This document shows, one piece after another, positions 47,799 through 57,854 of a DNA stretch of 64,000 nucleotides. The stretch is taken from contig CAZYUB010000001.1 in NCBI GenBank assembly GCA_964650515.1, forward strand, positions 132,640-196,639, given 5' to 3'. Position numbers and translations under genes: made by a program. Source of the DNA: an uncultured Planctomycetia bacterium (GTDB taxonomy: Bacteria; Omnitrophota; Gorgyraeia; Pluralincolimonadales; Pluralincolimonadaceae). Below the pieces are notes generated by a model. That model searched no databases, was not told where the DNA came from, and saw nothing but the letters and a program-made list of their open reading frames with translations. How positions within the stretch are numbered: position 1 is the first letter of the stretch; every line of letters begins with the position of its first letter.

Positions 47799-49085
47799 AT
47801 GAAGATAAAGATACCTTACGGTAAAACCCAGATTGACGTTTCAGTCCCCGACAGGAACCTCCTCGGGGTCCTCCATCCGAAACGCGCCCATATCAAGAAA
47901 AGCGAAACACGGATAATCAGGGACGCTGTGCTCAATCCCATGGGATGCTCGCGCCTGAAGGATATCGTCTCGCCCGGCGACACCGTCGCGATCGTCGTGC
48001 CGGATCTCGCGCGGGTATGCCCGAGGAAACTTATATTGCCTATCATCCTCGAGGAGCTCGCTAGGGGAGGGGTAAAGGACAGGGGCGTCACGATATTCAT
48101 GGCAGTAGGCATGCTTACCCCGCCCGTAAAAGAAGACCTCGTGGCCGCCTTCGGCAAGGACATAGTCAGGCGCATAAAGATAAAGGTGCACGACCCGTCG
48201 GACCCGGCGAAGCTCACGCATCTCGGGTATGTGGCGAACGGCGTGCCGGTCGTCGTGAACAAGGAGCTTCTCTATAACGACCATGTCATATCGATAGGCG
48301 TGATCGAGCCGCACCTGCATGCCGGTTTCTCCGGAGGCCCCGAGACCCTCAGCATCGGCATGGCCGGCGAAGAGACGATAAAGTTCACGCATTCCCCGAA
48401 ATTCATCGACAAGCCCGGCGCGAAGCCCGGCGTCATAAAAGATAACCCGTTCCACCGCTGGATCATGGAAGTTGCCTGCATAGCGAAACTGAAATTCATA
48501 ATAAACGTGATGAACGACGAGCTCGGGCACACCGTATTCGCGACGGCTGGCGAACCACAGCTCGCGTTCTATAAGGGCATCGAGCACGCGATGCTCTATT
48601 ACAGGGTAAAAGTCGACGAGCCCGCCGATATCGTGATCTGCGGCGTCGGCTGGCCGAAAGACGTCAACATTTACCAGGCGTCGCGCGCGCTGACATATCT
48701 CACGAATACGCAGAAACCGGTCATCAGGAGGGGCGGGCTTATACTGATACCCGCGACGTGCGAGGACGGCATAGGCAGGGGCCTCGGCGAGAAGAGGTTT
48801 TACGGGGCGATGATGAAGGCGAAGAGCGCCGAAGAGATCGTCCGGAAGATGAAGGGCAAGAACTGCCTCGCCGGCGAGCAGAGGGCGTATGCGGTCGCGA
48901 AATCCCTGATGTTCGCCGATTGCGCGATGGTAGGGACTAAGTTCCCCGGGCTTGTCAGGAACATGAAGATGATCCCGTTCAAGGACATGGACGAAGCGCT
49001 CAAATATGCGTTCGCCACCCGCGGCAGGGACGCCAAGGTCTACGTCGTCCCGCACGCTCTCGTGACACTGCCAGTATCGAAATGA
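47799..49085 (+). CDS. larA: lactate racemase LarA family (DUF2088) protein
   Basis: 428 aa. LarA-like N-terminal domain and conserved His residues. Family match from memory. Confidence 0.75.
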   Translation: MKIKIPYGKTQIDVSVPDRNLLGVLHPKRAHIKKSETRIIRDAVLNPMGCSRLKDIVSPGDTVAIVVPDLARVCPRKLILPIILEELARGGVKDRGVTIFMAVGMLTPPVKEDLVAAFGKDIVRRIKIKVHDPSDPAKLTHLGYVANGVPVVVNKELLYNDHVISIGVIEPHLHAGFSGGPETLSIGMAGEETIKFTHSPKFIDKPGAKPGVIKDNPFHRWIMEVACIAKLKFIINVMNDELGHTVFATAGEPQLAFYKGIEHAMLYYRVKVDEPADIVICGVGWPKDVNIYQASRALTYLTNTQKPVIRRGGLILIPATCEDGIGRGLGEKRFYGAMMKAKSAEEIVRKMKGKNCLAGEQRAYAVAKSLMFADCAMVGTKFPGLVRNMKMIPFKDMDEALKYAFATRGRDAKVYVVPHALVTLPVSK

Positions 49086-51835
49086 CATTATCGGATAAAG
49101 AGCTCAAAAGGGCCGTCAAAGGAGACGTCCTTTCGGACGATATTACCCGCCAGATCTATTCCTTCGGCGCTTCCATCTACAAGATCAAGCCAAAATGCGT
49201 CGTATTCCCGAAAGACAAGAACGACGTCAGCGAGACGCTTAAGTTCGCGTACCGGAATAATATCCCGGTGACCGCGCGCGGCGCGTGCACGAGCCTTGCC
49301 GGGCAGGCCGTCGGGAGCGGGATAATAATAGATTTCACGAAATACCTCAACAGGATAGTCGATTACGGCGGCGGCGATTCGGTCATTGTCCAGCCGGGCG
49401 TCGTATACGGCGACCTCAACAAATACCTCGCCAAATACGGCATGTTCTTCCCGCCGGACCCGTCGAGCGGCGACTACTGCACGATAGGCGGCATGATAGC
49501 TGATAATTCCGGGGGCCCGCATTCGGTCAAATACGGAAGCACTTCGGACTGGTGCGAGGAGCTCGAAGTTGTCATGTCAGACGGCAGCATCGTCCGGCTC
49601 AAGCCGGATTCAGCCATCAAATCGATATCAGAACCGCTCTCCGACCTATTCAGGGAGAACGCGGAGAATATAGAGAAATACGCCCCGAAAGTCAGGAGGA
49701 CCTCAAGCGGGTATAATGTTGCGCAGGCCGCAGGCCGCAGCACTACGAACCTCGTGAAACTCATAACGGGTTCCGAAGGTACGCTTGCCCTTGTTACCGA
49801 AGCGAAGCTGCGCCTCGCGCCGTTGCCGAAGAGCACCGCGTCGGTCATGATAATACTTAAGGATATATCGAAACTCGCCGATACGATATCAGGGCTGCAG
49901 CCCGCGCAGCCTTCGGCGATAGAGTTCATGGACGAGGTGTTCATAAAACTCGCGAGGGAAGCCGAACCCTCCGTGAAATCGATGCTGCCGAAGGACGCGA
50001 AGGGCGCGCTGCTCGTGGACCTTGAAGGCGCGGACGACGCGGATATCGACCTGTGCGTATCTATGGTCAAGAATGCGTCAGCCGTCGCAAAAGAACCCGA
50101 AGAACGCGACCGGCTCTGGGCCGTAAGGCGCGCGGCGGTCCCGATAATGAACAGGGTGAAAGGAAAGAAACGCCCGATACCCTTCATTGAAGACGCGATA
50201 GTACCTCCGGAGAACCTCGACGAGTTCGTGATAGGCGCGTACGCGATATTCGGGCATTACGGCGTCGAAGCGTGCGTCTACGGCCACGCCGGCGACGGCA
50301 ACATGCACATACGCCCGTTGATGGACATGAAAGACAAGGCCGACCTTGTCAAGATGGACAACATGGCCGACGATTTTTACAGGATGGTCATATCTCTTGG
50401 AGGTTCCGTATCGGCCGAGCACGGCGACGGGATGCTGAGGGTGCCCTACATGAAGAAGCAGTACGGTCCGCTCTACCCGATGTTCCGCGCGATAAAGGAC
50501 ATATTCGACCCGAAGGGCATATTGAATCCCGGCAAGAAGATAGGAAAGGACGAGAAGGTCGCGCACGACCTCGTATACGACGCCGGTACGAAATACGCGG
50601 TAACCGGCACGGCATTCGACTCTGAGGCCGTCAGGGAAGAGGTCGAAAAGTGCCACGCATGCGGCCTCTGCAGGAACGCCTGCCCGGTGAACGTCATCCT
50701 CCCGCAGGAGTTCGCGTCCCCGCGCGCTAAGGCCGCTGTCATAAAAGGCATAATGACCGGGGAGCTCGACGCCAAACTGCTGAAGGATCCCGCGATAAAG
50801 GAGCTTCTTGACCTGTGCATCAACTGCAAGTCATGCCGCGTCGAATGCCCGACCGGTGCAGACATGTCGCAGGTATGCTCGATGGCTAAAGAGATATACG
50901 TAAAAGAATGGGGGGTAGGATTTTCGCAGTCGGCGCTCGAGAAAGTGCGCCTGCTCTGCTCGTTGCCGGCGAAAGTGCCGGGCCTCGCGAAGATATTGTT
51001 CGGTTCGGCCCCGGGAAAATTCCTGTCGGAGCTCATGTTCGGCGTGGATAGCAGGAGGTCCCTTCCGGTCCCCTCGGGGAAAGCCCCGGCGGTTGGAAAG
51101 GCCGGCGGCGGGCATGCGGCAAGGAAGGCCGTATATTTCACGGGGTGTTATGTCGACCTGTTCAATGCCGAAGGCGAGGGCGCGGCGGTGATAAAAGTCC
51201 TGCAAAAGAACAACGTATCGGTAATGCTTGCCGGGCAGAGGTGCTGCGGCATGCCGGGAATATCATCGGGGAATATCGCGGGGACAAAGAAGGAGATATC
51301 CGCGAATATCAGGGATCTTTATGAGAATGTAAAGGCCGGCTACGATATCATCACAAGCTGCCCGAGCTGCGGCCTCGCGCTCAAGGAGGATTACCCGAGG
51401 ATATTCTCCACCCCCGAGGCGGTGCTCATCTCCCAGAACACGTATGACATACACGAATACCTTTGGATACTCCTGAACGAGGGCGGGATGAACACGAACT
51501 TCAAATCCTCGAATAAGGCTGTCGTTTTCCATACGCCGTGCCATCTTAAGGCGCAGGAGATAGGCGGGCTCCAGGAATCGCTGGTCCAGCTCATCCCGGG
51601 CATATCGATAATAAAGATAGATGACTCATGCTGCGGCATGGCAGGCACTTTCGGCCTCAAGAACGAGAATTACGACCTATCGGCATCCATAGGCGGGAAG
51701 CTTTTTGAGGGGATAAGGTCATCCGGCGCCGATTACGTCGTTACGGCGTGCGGTTCATGCAAGACGCAGATAGCGCAGTTCACTTCCGCGAAGATCGTCC
51801 ATCCCGTAGAACTTTTATCCGAGTATTATTTTTAA
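49082..51835 (+). CDS. FAD-binding oxidase (GlcD/D-lactate dehydrogenase-like) fused to Fe-S (2x CxxCxxCxxxCP) and CCG heterodisulfide-reductase-like domains
   Basis: N-terminal FAD-binding PCMH-type domain. Middle CHACGLCRNACP and CINCKSCRVECP. C-terminal Cys-rich CCG-like repeats. ATGA coupling to larA. Confidence 0.85.
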   Translation: MTLSDKELKRAVKGDVLSDDITRQIYSFGASIYKIKPKCVVFPKDKNDVSETLKFAYRNNIPVTARGACTSLAGQAVGSGIIIDFTKYLNRIVDYGGGDSVIVQPGVVYGDLNKYLAKYGMFFPPDPSSGDYCTIGGMIADNSGGPHSVKYGSTSDWCEELEVVMSDGSIVRLKPDSAIKSISEPLSDLFRENAENIEKYAPKVRRTSSGYNVAQAAGRSTTNLVKLITGSEGTLALVTEAKLRLAPLPKSTASVMIILKDISKLADTISGLQPAQPSAIEFMDEVFIKLAREAEPSVKSMLPKDAKGALLVDLEGADDADIDLCVSMVKNASAVAKEPEERDRLWAVRRAAVPIMNRVKGKKRPIPFIEDAIVPPENLDEFVIGAYAIFGHYGVEACVYGHAGDGNMHIRPLMDMKDKADLVKMDNMADDFYRMVISLGGSVSAEHGDGMLRVPYMKKQYGPLYPMFRAIKDIFDPKGILNPGKKIGKDEKVAHDLVYDAGTKYAVTGTAFDSEAVREEVEKCHACGLCRNACPVNVILPQEFASPRAKAAVIKGIMTGELDAKLLKDPAIKELLDLCINCKSCRVECPTGADMSQVCSMAKEIYVKEWGVGFSQSALEKVRLLCSLPAKVPGLAKILFGSAPGKFLSELMFGVDSRRSLPVPSGKAPAVGKAGGGHAARKAVYFTGCYVDLFNAEGEGAAVIKVLQKNNVSVMLAGQRCCGMPGISSGNIAGTKKEISANIRDLYENVKAGYDIITSCPSCGLALKEDYPRIFSTPEAVLISQNTYDIHEYLWILLNEGGMNTNFKSSNKAVVFHTPCHLKAQEIGGLQESLVQLIPGISIIKIDDSCCGMAGTFGLKNENYDLSASIGGKLFEGIRSSGADYVVTACGSCKTQIAQFTSAKIVHPVELLSEYYF

Positions 51836-52954
51836 GGCCGCTTCGGCGGCGCGTTTGCTTGCGCCGGGCCCGCCAAGTTTATTTTTTATAGCGGCGAGAT
51901 GGGTCTTCATGCCTTCACTGCGGGCCGGCGACTGTAGTATTGATACCGCCTCATTCGCTATCCTGGAAGGGTCTATGCGGAAACCGACGAACTCCGGGAC
52001 TATCCTGCTTCCGGCGACTATATTCACTAGCCCGATATGCGGTATCCTCACGAGCAGTTTGCCGAAGAGCCAGGTCAGCAACGATACCCGGTAGATTATG
52101 ACCATGGGTTTTTCGAGGATCGTCGTCTCGAGCGTTGCCGTGCCCGACGCGACGAGGACGAGGTCCGCCGCGTTAACGCAATCGTAGGTCTCATCCTCGA
52201 TGAGTTCCGGCCTGAAACCTTCCATCCCGAGAGTTTCCTCATAAAGGTTGGCGTCCATTCCGCCGGGTTTCGCGACCATGAACTGGACGCCGTTACCGAG
52301 CTTTTCCCTGATGAGTTCCGCGGCCTCGGCCATCAGCGGCAGGTTCTTCTCGACCTCCGTGCGGCGTGAGCCCGGAAGTATCGCGACGGTCTTCTTTGAG
52401 GCATCAAGGCCGTGCCGTTGCAGGAATTCGCCCCGCGAAGACAGCGTGACTACGGAATCAAGCAGGGGATGGCCGACGAATTCCGCGTCCACCCCGTATT
52501 TCGCGTAAAAATCCTTTTCGAAACCTAGGATGACCAGCATCTTGTCGACATATTTCTTTACGGCCTTAACGCGCCCCTTGCGCCAGGCCCATATCTGCGG
52601 GCTTATGTAATAAATCACGGGGATGCCGCGTTTTTTCGCTTCGCGAGCGAAGCGCAGGTTGAACTCGGGGTAATCTATCAGCACGACGCAATCGGGTTTT
52701 TCGCTATCAAGTTTATCCGCGAGCAGGCGAAAGGCGCTCTTGAACTTCTCCAGGCTGGCGAGGACCTCGCCGAGGCCTATGACCGAGAGTTCGCTGATGT
52801 CCTGGAAGGAGCGAAGCCCCGCTTTCACCATCAGCGGCCCGCCCATACCGATGAACACGGTATCCGCAGAGAGCTTTTTGATCTCGGATATGAGGTTAGA
52901 GCCGTGGAGGTCGCCGGAGGCCTCGCCGGCGATGATGAATATCTTCTTAGGCAT
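51815..52954 (-). CDS. lpxB: lipid-A-disaccharide synthase
   Basis: N-terminal MPKKIFIIAGEASGDLHG. Confidence 0.9.
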   Translation of the reverse strand: MPKKIFIIAGEASGDLHGSNLISEIKKLSADTVFIGMGGPLMVKAGLRSFQDISELSVIGLGEVLASLEKFKSAFRLLADKLDSEKPDCVVLIDYPEFNLRFAREAKKRGIPVIYYISPQIWAWRKGRVKAVKKYVDKMLVILGFEKDFYAKYGVDAEFVGHPLLDSVVTLSSRGEFLQRHGLDASKKTVAILPGSRRTEVEKNLPLMAEAAELIREKLGNGVQFMVAKPGGMDANLYEETLGMEGFRPELIEDETYDCVNAADLVLVASGTATLETTILEKPMVIIYRVSLLTWLFGKLLVRIPHIGLVNIVAGSRIVPEFVGFRIDPSRIANEAVSILQSPARSEGMKTHLAAIKNKLGGPGASKRAAEAALKIILG

Positions 52955-53879
52955 TGTTTTTCAGGTTCTCTTTTATGGCGTCTTCTATCTGCAGGGCTAT
53001 CTTGAGCGCGTCGCGGCCTTCCTCGCCGGAGACGAGCGGCCGCTCGCCGGCCTTCAGGCACTCTACGAACGCTTCAAGTTCTTTCTTCAGCGGTTCCTCT
53101 TTCTTGATATTTATGAGCTTGCCGGTTATCCTGTTGTTTATCTTGCGGTAGATGACCGACTCCTGCTTGATATAGTCGAGCGATATGTAGCAGTCGTCCT
53201 TGAAGAGGCGTATCTTGCGCATCTCCTTGTCGGTCACGCGGCTCGCCGTCAGGTTCGCGACGGCGCCGTTCTTGAAACGTATCCTGACGTTCGCGAGGTC
53301 CTCGTGGCCCGTGAGGATGTTCACGCCTACGGCGTCAATGGACGCGATCTCCGACTTGACGAGCGCGAGTATTATATCTATGTCGTGTATCATGAGGTCA
53401 AGCACTACGCCGACGTCGAGCGCGCGTTTCTTGAAGGGACCGAGACGGTGGCATTCTATGAACCGGACGTTTCCGGGGATCTCGTCGAGCGCGCGGACAG
53501 CCGCGTTAAACCTCTCGATATGCCCGACCTGTATGGTCAGGCCTTTGTCTTTCGCGATGGCCAGCAGGTCCTCGGCTTCGCCGACGAACTTCGTCATCGG
53601 TTTCTCTATAAGGACGGATATGCCGTTCTGGAGGCAGTCCTTCGCGACCTGGTAATGGAAATCCGTGGGTACCACGACGGAAGCGCAATTGACTACGCCA
53701 AACATCTCCTTGTAATCGGAGAATGCGGTCGTCTTGTATTTGCGGGCGAACTGTTTCGCGCGGCTTATATCCGTATCGCAGATGCCGGCCAGCTCCACGC
53801 CGTCCATATCCGCGTATATGCGCGCGTGATGCTGCCCGAGATGCCCGACCCCTATGACACCGACTTTTATCTTTCCCAT
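52947..53879 (-). CDS. Gfo/Idh/MocA family oxidoreductase
   Basis: N-terminal Rossmann GVIGVGHLGQHH and a later EKP motif. Confidence 0.85.
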   Translation of the reverse strand: MGKIKVGVIGVGHLGQHHARIYADMDGVELAGICDTDISRAKQFARKYKTTAFSDYKEMFGVVNCASVVVPTDFHYQVAKDCLQNGISVLIEKPMTKFVGEAEDLLAIAKDKGLTIQVGHIERFNAAVRALDEIPGNVRFIECHRLGPFKKRALDVGVVLDLMIHDIDIILALVKSEIASIDAVGVNILTGHEDLANVRIRFKNGAVANLTASRVTDKEMRKIRLFKDDCYISLDYIKQESVIYRKINNRITGKLINIKKEEPLKKELEAFVECLKAGERPLVSGEEGRDALKIALQIEDAIKENLKNNA

Positions 53880-53996
53880 ATCATCGCCTCCGCCACTATT
53901 CTATCAATTAGCGCCGTTATCGGCAATAACTATTAGTTTGTCTTGACAGCCAAATGAATATATAATGGGCAAAACGGCTCTATAAAGGAGGGTAAC

Positions 53997-56900
53997 ATGA
54001 AAGGTAATCGCGGTTTCGCGGCATTATCGACCCTAGCGCTGATCCTTTCAACCGGTTTTTACTCCTATGCAGATGTAGTTACGGTAGCTGACGATGAGAG
54101 CAAATCCTGGGCAACAGCCCCGGCGACCGACGGCATAAGGTTCACCGGCAGTAACGCTTCCGGGACGTATTCGACGACCGGCGGCGCCGACGGCAACACG
54201 ATCGCGGCGGTCACGGTAGATAACACCGCTTTGCTCGGTGTCGGCACGCTCGATTTTTACCACAGCACGACAGTATCCGGCGATATCGGCGACGCCAGCC
54301 ACAATCTCTCCGTAATACAATTGAAGACCGCCGGCAAGACGGTGACTATCAACGGCGACTCCTATGTCGCGGTGCTCTTCGATTTTGACGCGGACGGCAC
54401 GCTCGCGATAGCCAACGGCAAGGACTTTTCGGGAATAATATGCGGGAACGTCCTCGAGCCGGGCGATGACAATATAGGCACGCTGTCGCTCGGAGGGGAT
54501 AACAACTTCTCGCAACTGGTCGGGTGGAACAATACCTTAAGGCTGAAACAGGTTACCGGCGCCGCTACCGGCACATCGACATTTTACGGCGACGTCTTCG
54601 CGAAGGACATCGAGGTCTCTACGGGAAAGATCGTCTTTACAGGCGATCAAGTTGATACGGGAGCCGGCGGTGTGTTGAACTTTGCGGCCGCGGGCACGGT
54701 AGAGGTCGAAGACAACTGCAATATCGAATCGGCCATTACGGCAGCCGGAGGTGCCGGCGGGATCCTTACATTTGACGGCACATCTAACGTGAACACGACC
54801 GGCGGTTTTGATATCGGCCAGGCCGGCGCGGCGCTTACGATAAACGCGAACGGCGGCCTAGGCGAGACGCTGACACTCGGGGGCAATACGTATGCAACAA
54901 CGCTGAACTTCGGTGGCAACGGCACGGTCTCGGTCGCGGACAACAAGAACCTTACTGCGGCCGTAACGACATCCACTCCGAACACGGGCACGTTGAATTT
55001 TGCGGGCACCAGCACGGCGACCGGGCAGATAGGGACGATCGCGAACCCGCTGTTGCTCGTTAAAGCCGCAGGGTCTCCCGAAAGTTTGACATTGAACGGC
55101 GATGTTTATGCTTCGGAGATCTATGTCGCGGATGACGGGACCGTCGTCTTCTCCGACGGTGCCGATTATAACAACGGCGCGGCCGCCGGCAGTATCACGA
55201 CCGAGTCGGATTGGTACGGTTATATTCAATTCAGGGGTTCGAGCGTCATTAATGGTTCGATTGGTACCGCGCTGGAAAACTTTTATGAGATAAGGTTGGA
55301 CCAGGCGGATCCTTCGGATGTCGTCGAGGTAACAGGCGACCTTTATATAATAGACGGCAACGGCGTGAATTTCGACAGTGACGGCGAATTGATAATAGGC
55401 GGGGATTTTTACGGAGTGATCGAAAATGACACAGCCGGTACGGCCGGCACGGTGACGTTCGGCGGGAACGCTGAGTTAGAATGGCTCGGATTCCCGCTGA
55501 GACGGGTCAACGCGAACGGCACAGGCACCTCGATAGTCGCCACTTATGGTTTCGAGACCGAGACCCTCAGTTTCGGCGGTGACGGGACAGTGACGCTGGA
55601 GGACGGGACGATCACGATAGGCAGCGTATTGAACAGCAGCGGAACGGATAGTTCAGGAACGCTGGGGTTCCATGCTGATAGCACCGTGACGGGCAATGTA
55701 GGCGCGCCCGGCGCTTCACTTAAGGCGATACTCCTTGATAACAACAACGTCAATCTGGACCTGCAGGGGGACGTCTATGCCGGCACCCTCGGTTTCGGCG
55801 AAGGGGAGGAACACTCCGACGGCGAGATAGAGATAGGCGGTACGGCCGTCATCGGCCCCGTAACGACGCTCTATGATGATTTCGGCACATTGACGCTCGA
55901 AGGCAACGGCACCGTCAACGGCGATATGGGCGCCGACGGCGCCGCGTTGAGGGCGGTAAATATCGTCGGAGCCGCCGGCACGACGGTCACGGTCAACGGC
56001 GATATCTGGGCTTTTGACATGACGGTCGACGCAGGTTCACTGCTGATGAACGGCTCGTTCACCGACCCCGGGGATCCTCCCACAACGCTTAACTTCTCAT
56101 CAGACGGTTTCGTGACTTTGGCCGCCGGAAACAATATCAGCTCAAATATCACGACCGGCACTGACGGCACGGGCACGCTGTCCCTTGGAGGCGCAAACAC
56201 GATCACCGGAAATATAGGCGGCGCGGGCGCGGCCCTGAAACTGATAGAATTGACCGGCTCCGGCGCGACGGTCACGCAGGCCGGCAATACGGTCACGAAA
56301 GGGATAAGTCTCGGTTCTGGCAGGATGGATATCGACGGTACCTTCGATATTTCCGACGGCGGAAGCATCGCGGCCGGAATCGAGGGGACCGCTTCCTGCG
56401 GAAAAGTGGTCTCAACCGGAGCGGCAACAGTCCCGGCAACGGCGACGGTAAACGTCAGCGTGAGCGGATACGTGCCTTCCGGGGCTACATTCACGATCGT
56501 CGACGGCACCGGCGGGACCGGCGTCGCAGGCGGCTTACCCGTCACTTCTAACAGCAGGATACTTACATTCGCCGCGGTCGCAACGGATTCCGAAGACCTC
56601 ATGCTTACCGCGACGAGGGCGCATTCTTACGGCAATGCGACCACCGGCGAAGCGAGCGTGATAGGCGCGATCCTCGAGCAGATAGGCGAGAGCGGAGCTT
56701 CTGGCGATATGCTCACGATATTGAACGAGCTCGATACGCTTCCCGACGATGAAAGCTTACAAGCCGCGCTCGATACGCTGGCACCCGTTGTCGACAGCGG
56801 CACGGTCACTGCAAGCAATACCTCATTGAACCAGTTCATAGCGACCGTCATCGACCGGCTCGGGGCCCTATTCGCGCGTTCGCACGGCTCCGCCGGCCCA

Positions 56901-57773
56901 GAGACCGGCGTCTCGGCCGGAAGCAGCGGCAAGAGCGGCCTTGAGGCATGGGGCCAGGGCTTCGGCGAATATGTGAAACAGAAACCGCGCGGCACGAGCA
57001 ACGGCTACCGCGCGACGGTCTGGGGCACGGCGCTCGGTGCAGACATCCCGGCCTTCAACGACAGGGTCCGCCTCGGATTAAGCGGCGGTTATGCGGCGAC
57101 CGGCATCAATTCGAAGGATAACAGCGGCAAGACCGACATAGACAGCTACCAGGGCACGTTATACGCCGGCTATATAGACCCCGAACACCCGTATTACCTG
57201 AACGGCTCGTTCTCGTTCGCGTATAACAAGTACGAGGGCAAGAGGCATATAGCGGTCGGCACCATAACCAGGACCGCGGACGCCGATTACGACGGCCAGC
57301 AGTATTCCGTTCTGCTTGACGGCGGCTATACGTTCAAGGCCAAGCCCGTGAACATAACTCCTGTCGCCTCCCTGCAGTATATGCGTCTGCATCTCGAGGG
57401 CTATACCGAGACGGGCGCGGGCGCGCTGGACCTGAATATGAACAGCCAGAACTACGACATGCTGCAGTCGGGCCTCGGCGTCAAGTTCGACCGCGCGTTC
57501 GAGACAGGATCCGGCACGGTCATTCCCGAGGTCCATGTCAGATGGCTCCATGATTTCATCGGGGACAGGCAGGAGACGACCTCGACATTTGCCGGAGGAG
57601 GCGGCTCTTTCGCGACGCAGGGATTCGAACCGGCGCAGAACGCCCTTAACGTCGGAGCGAAGCTTGCCCTGATAACAAGGGGCAGCTGGAGTATTGAGAC
57701 GAATTATGACTTTGAATATAAAGAGGACTTCGCCGCCCATACGGGTTGGGCCGAGGCGAGATATAAATTTTGA
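53997..57773 (+). CDS. large autotransporter (type Va) with repetitive beta-helical passenger and C-terminal beta-barrel domain
   Basis: Signal peptide. About 900 aa Gly/Thr/Asn-rich repeats. C-terminal about 280 aa autotransporter beta-domain ending in Y-K-F. Confidence 0.8.
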   Translation: MKGNRGFAALSTLALILSTGFYSYADVVTVADDESKSWATAPATDGIRFTGSNASGTYSTTGGADGNTIAAVTVDNTALLGVGTLDFYHSTTVSGDIGDASHNLSVIQLKTAGKTVTINGDSYVAVLFDFDADGTLAIANGKDFSGIICGNVLEPGDDNIGTLSLGGDNNFSQLVGWNNTLRLKQVTGAATGTSTFYGDVFAKDIEVSTGKIVFTGDQVDTGAGGVLNFAAAGTVEVEDNCNIESAITAAGGAGGILTFDGTSNVNTTGGFDIGQAGAALTINANGGLGETLTLGGNTYATTLNFGGNGTVSVADNKNLTAAVTTSTPNTGTLNFAGTSTATGQIGTIANPLLLVKAAGSPESLTLNGDVYASEIYVADDGTVVFSDGADYNNGAAAGSITTESDWYGYIQFRGSSVINGSIGTALENFYEIRLDQADPSDVVEVTGDLYIIDGNGVNFDSDGELIIGGDFYGVIENDTAGTAGTVTFGGNAELEWLGFPLRRVNANGTGTSIVATYGFETETLSFGGDGTVTLEDGTITIGSVLNSSGTDSSGTLGFHADSTVTGNVGAPGASLKAILLDNNNVNLDLQGDVYAGTLGFGEGEEHSDGEIEIGGTAVIGPVTTLYDDFGTLTLEGNGTVNGDMGADGAALRAVNIVGAAGTTVTVNGDIWAFDMTVDAGSLLMNGSFTDPGDPPTTLNFSSDGFVTLAAGNNISSNITTGTDGTGTLSLGGANTITGNIGGAGAALKLIELTGSGATVTQAGNTVTKGISLGSGRMDIDGTFDISDGGSIAAGIEGTASCGKVVSTGAATVPATATVNVSVSGYVPSGATFTIVDGTGGTGVAGGLPVTSNSRILTFAAVATDSEDLMLTATRAHSYGNATTGEASVIGAILEQIGESGASGDMLTILNELDTLPDDESLQAALDTLAPVVDSGTVTASNTSLNQFIATVIDRLGALFARSHGSAGPETGVSAGSSGKSGLEAWGQGFGEYVKQKPRGTSNGYRATVWGTALGADIPAFNDRVRLGLSGGYAATGINSKDNSGKTDIDSYQGTLYAGYIDPEHPYYLNGSFSFAYNKYEGKRHIAVGTITRTADADYDGQQYSVLLDGGYTFKAKPVNITPVASLQYMRLHLEGYTETGAGALDLNMNSQNYDMLQSGLGVKFDRAFETGSGTVIPEVHVRWLHDFIGDRQETTSTFAGGGGSFATQGFEPAQNALNVGAKLALITRGSWSIETNYDFEYKEDFAAHTGWAEARYKF

Positions 57774-57809
57774 TACAAAAATTTCCCCAAAATTAGCATT
57801 TTAATTATC

Positions 57810-57837
57810 TTGACACCGGACCGTAATAGGGTATAAT
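57810..57837 (+). promoter_or_regulatory. sigma70-type promoter TTGACA-16-TATAAT for LacI-family regulator; overlapped by TGCACACGTG motif at 57839-57848
   Basis: Consensus hexamers. The motif is repeated at 58883-58892. Confidence 0.55.
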
Positions 57838-57854
57838 ATGCACACGTGAACAAT

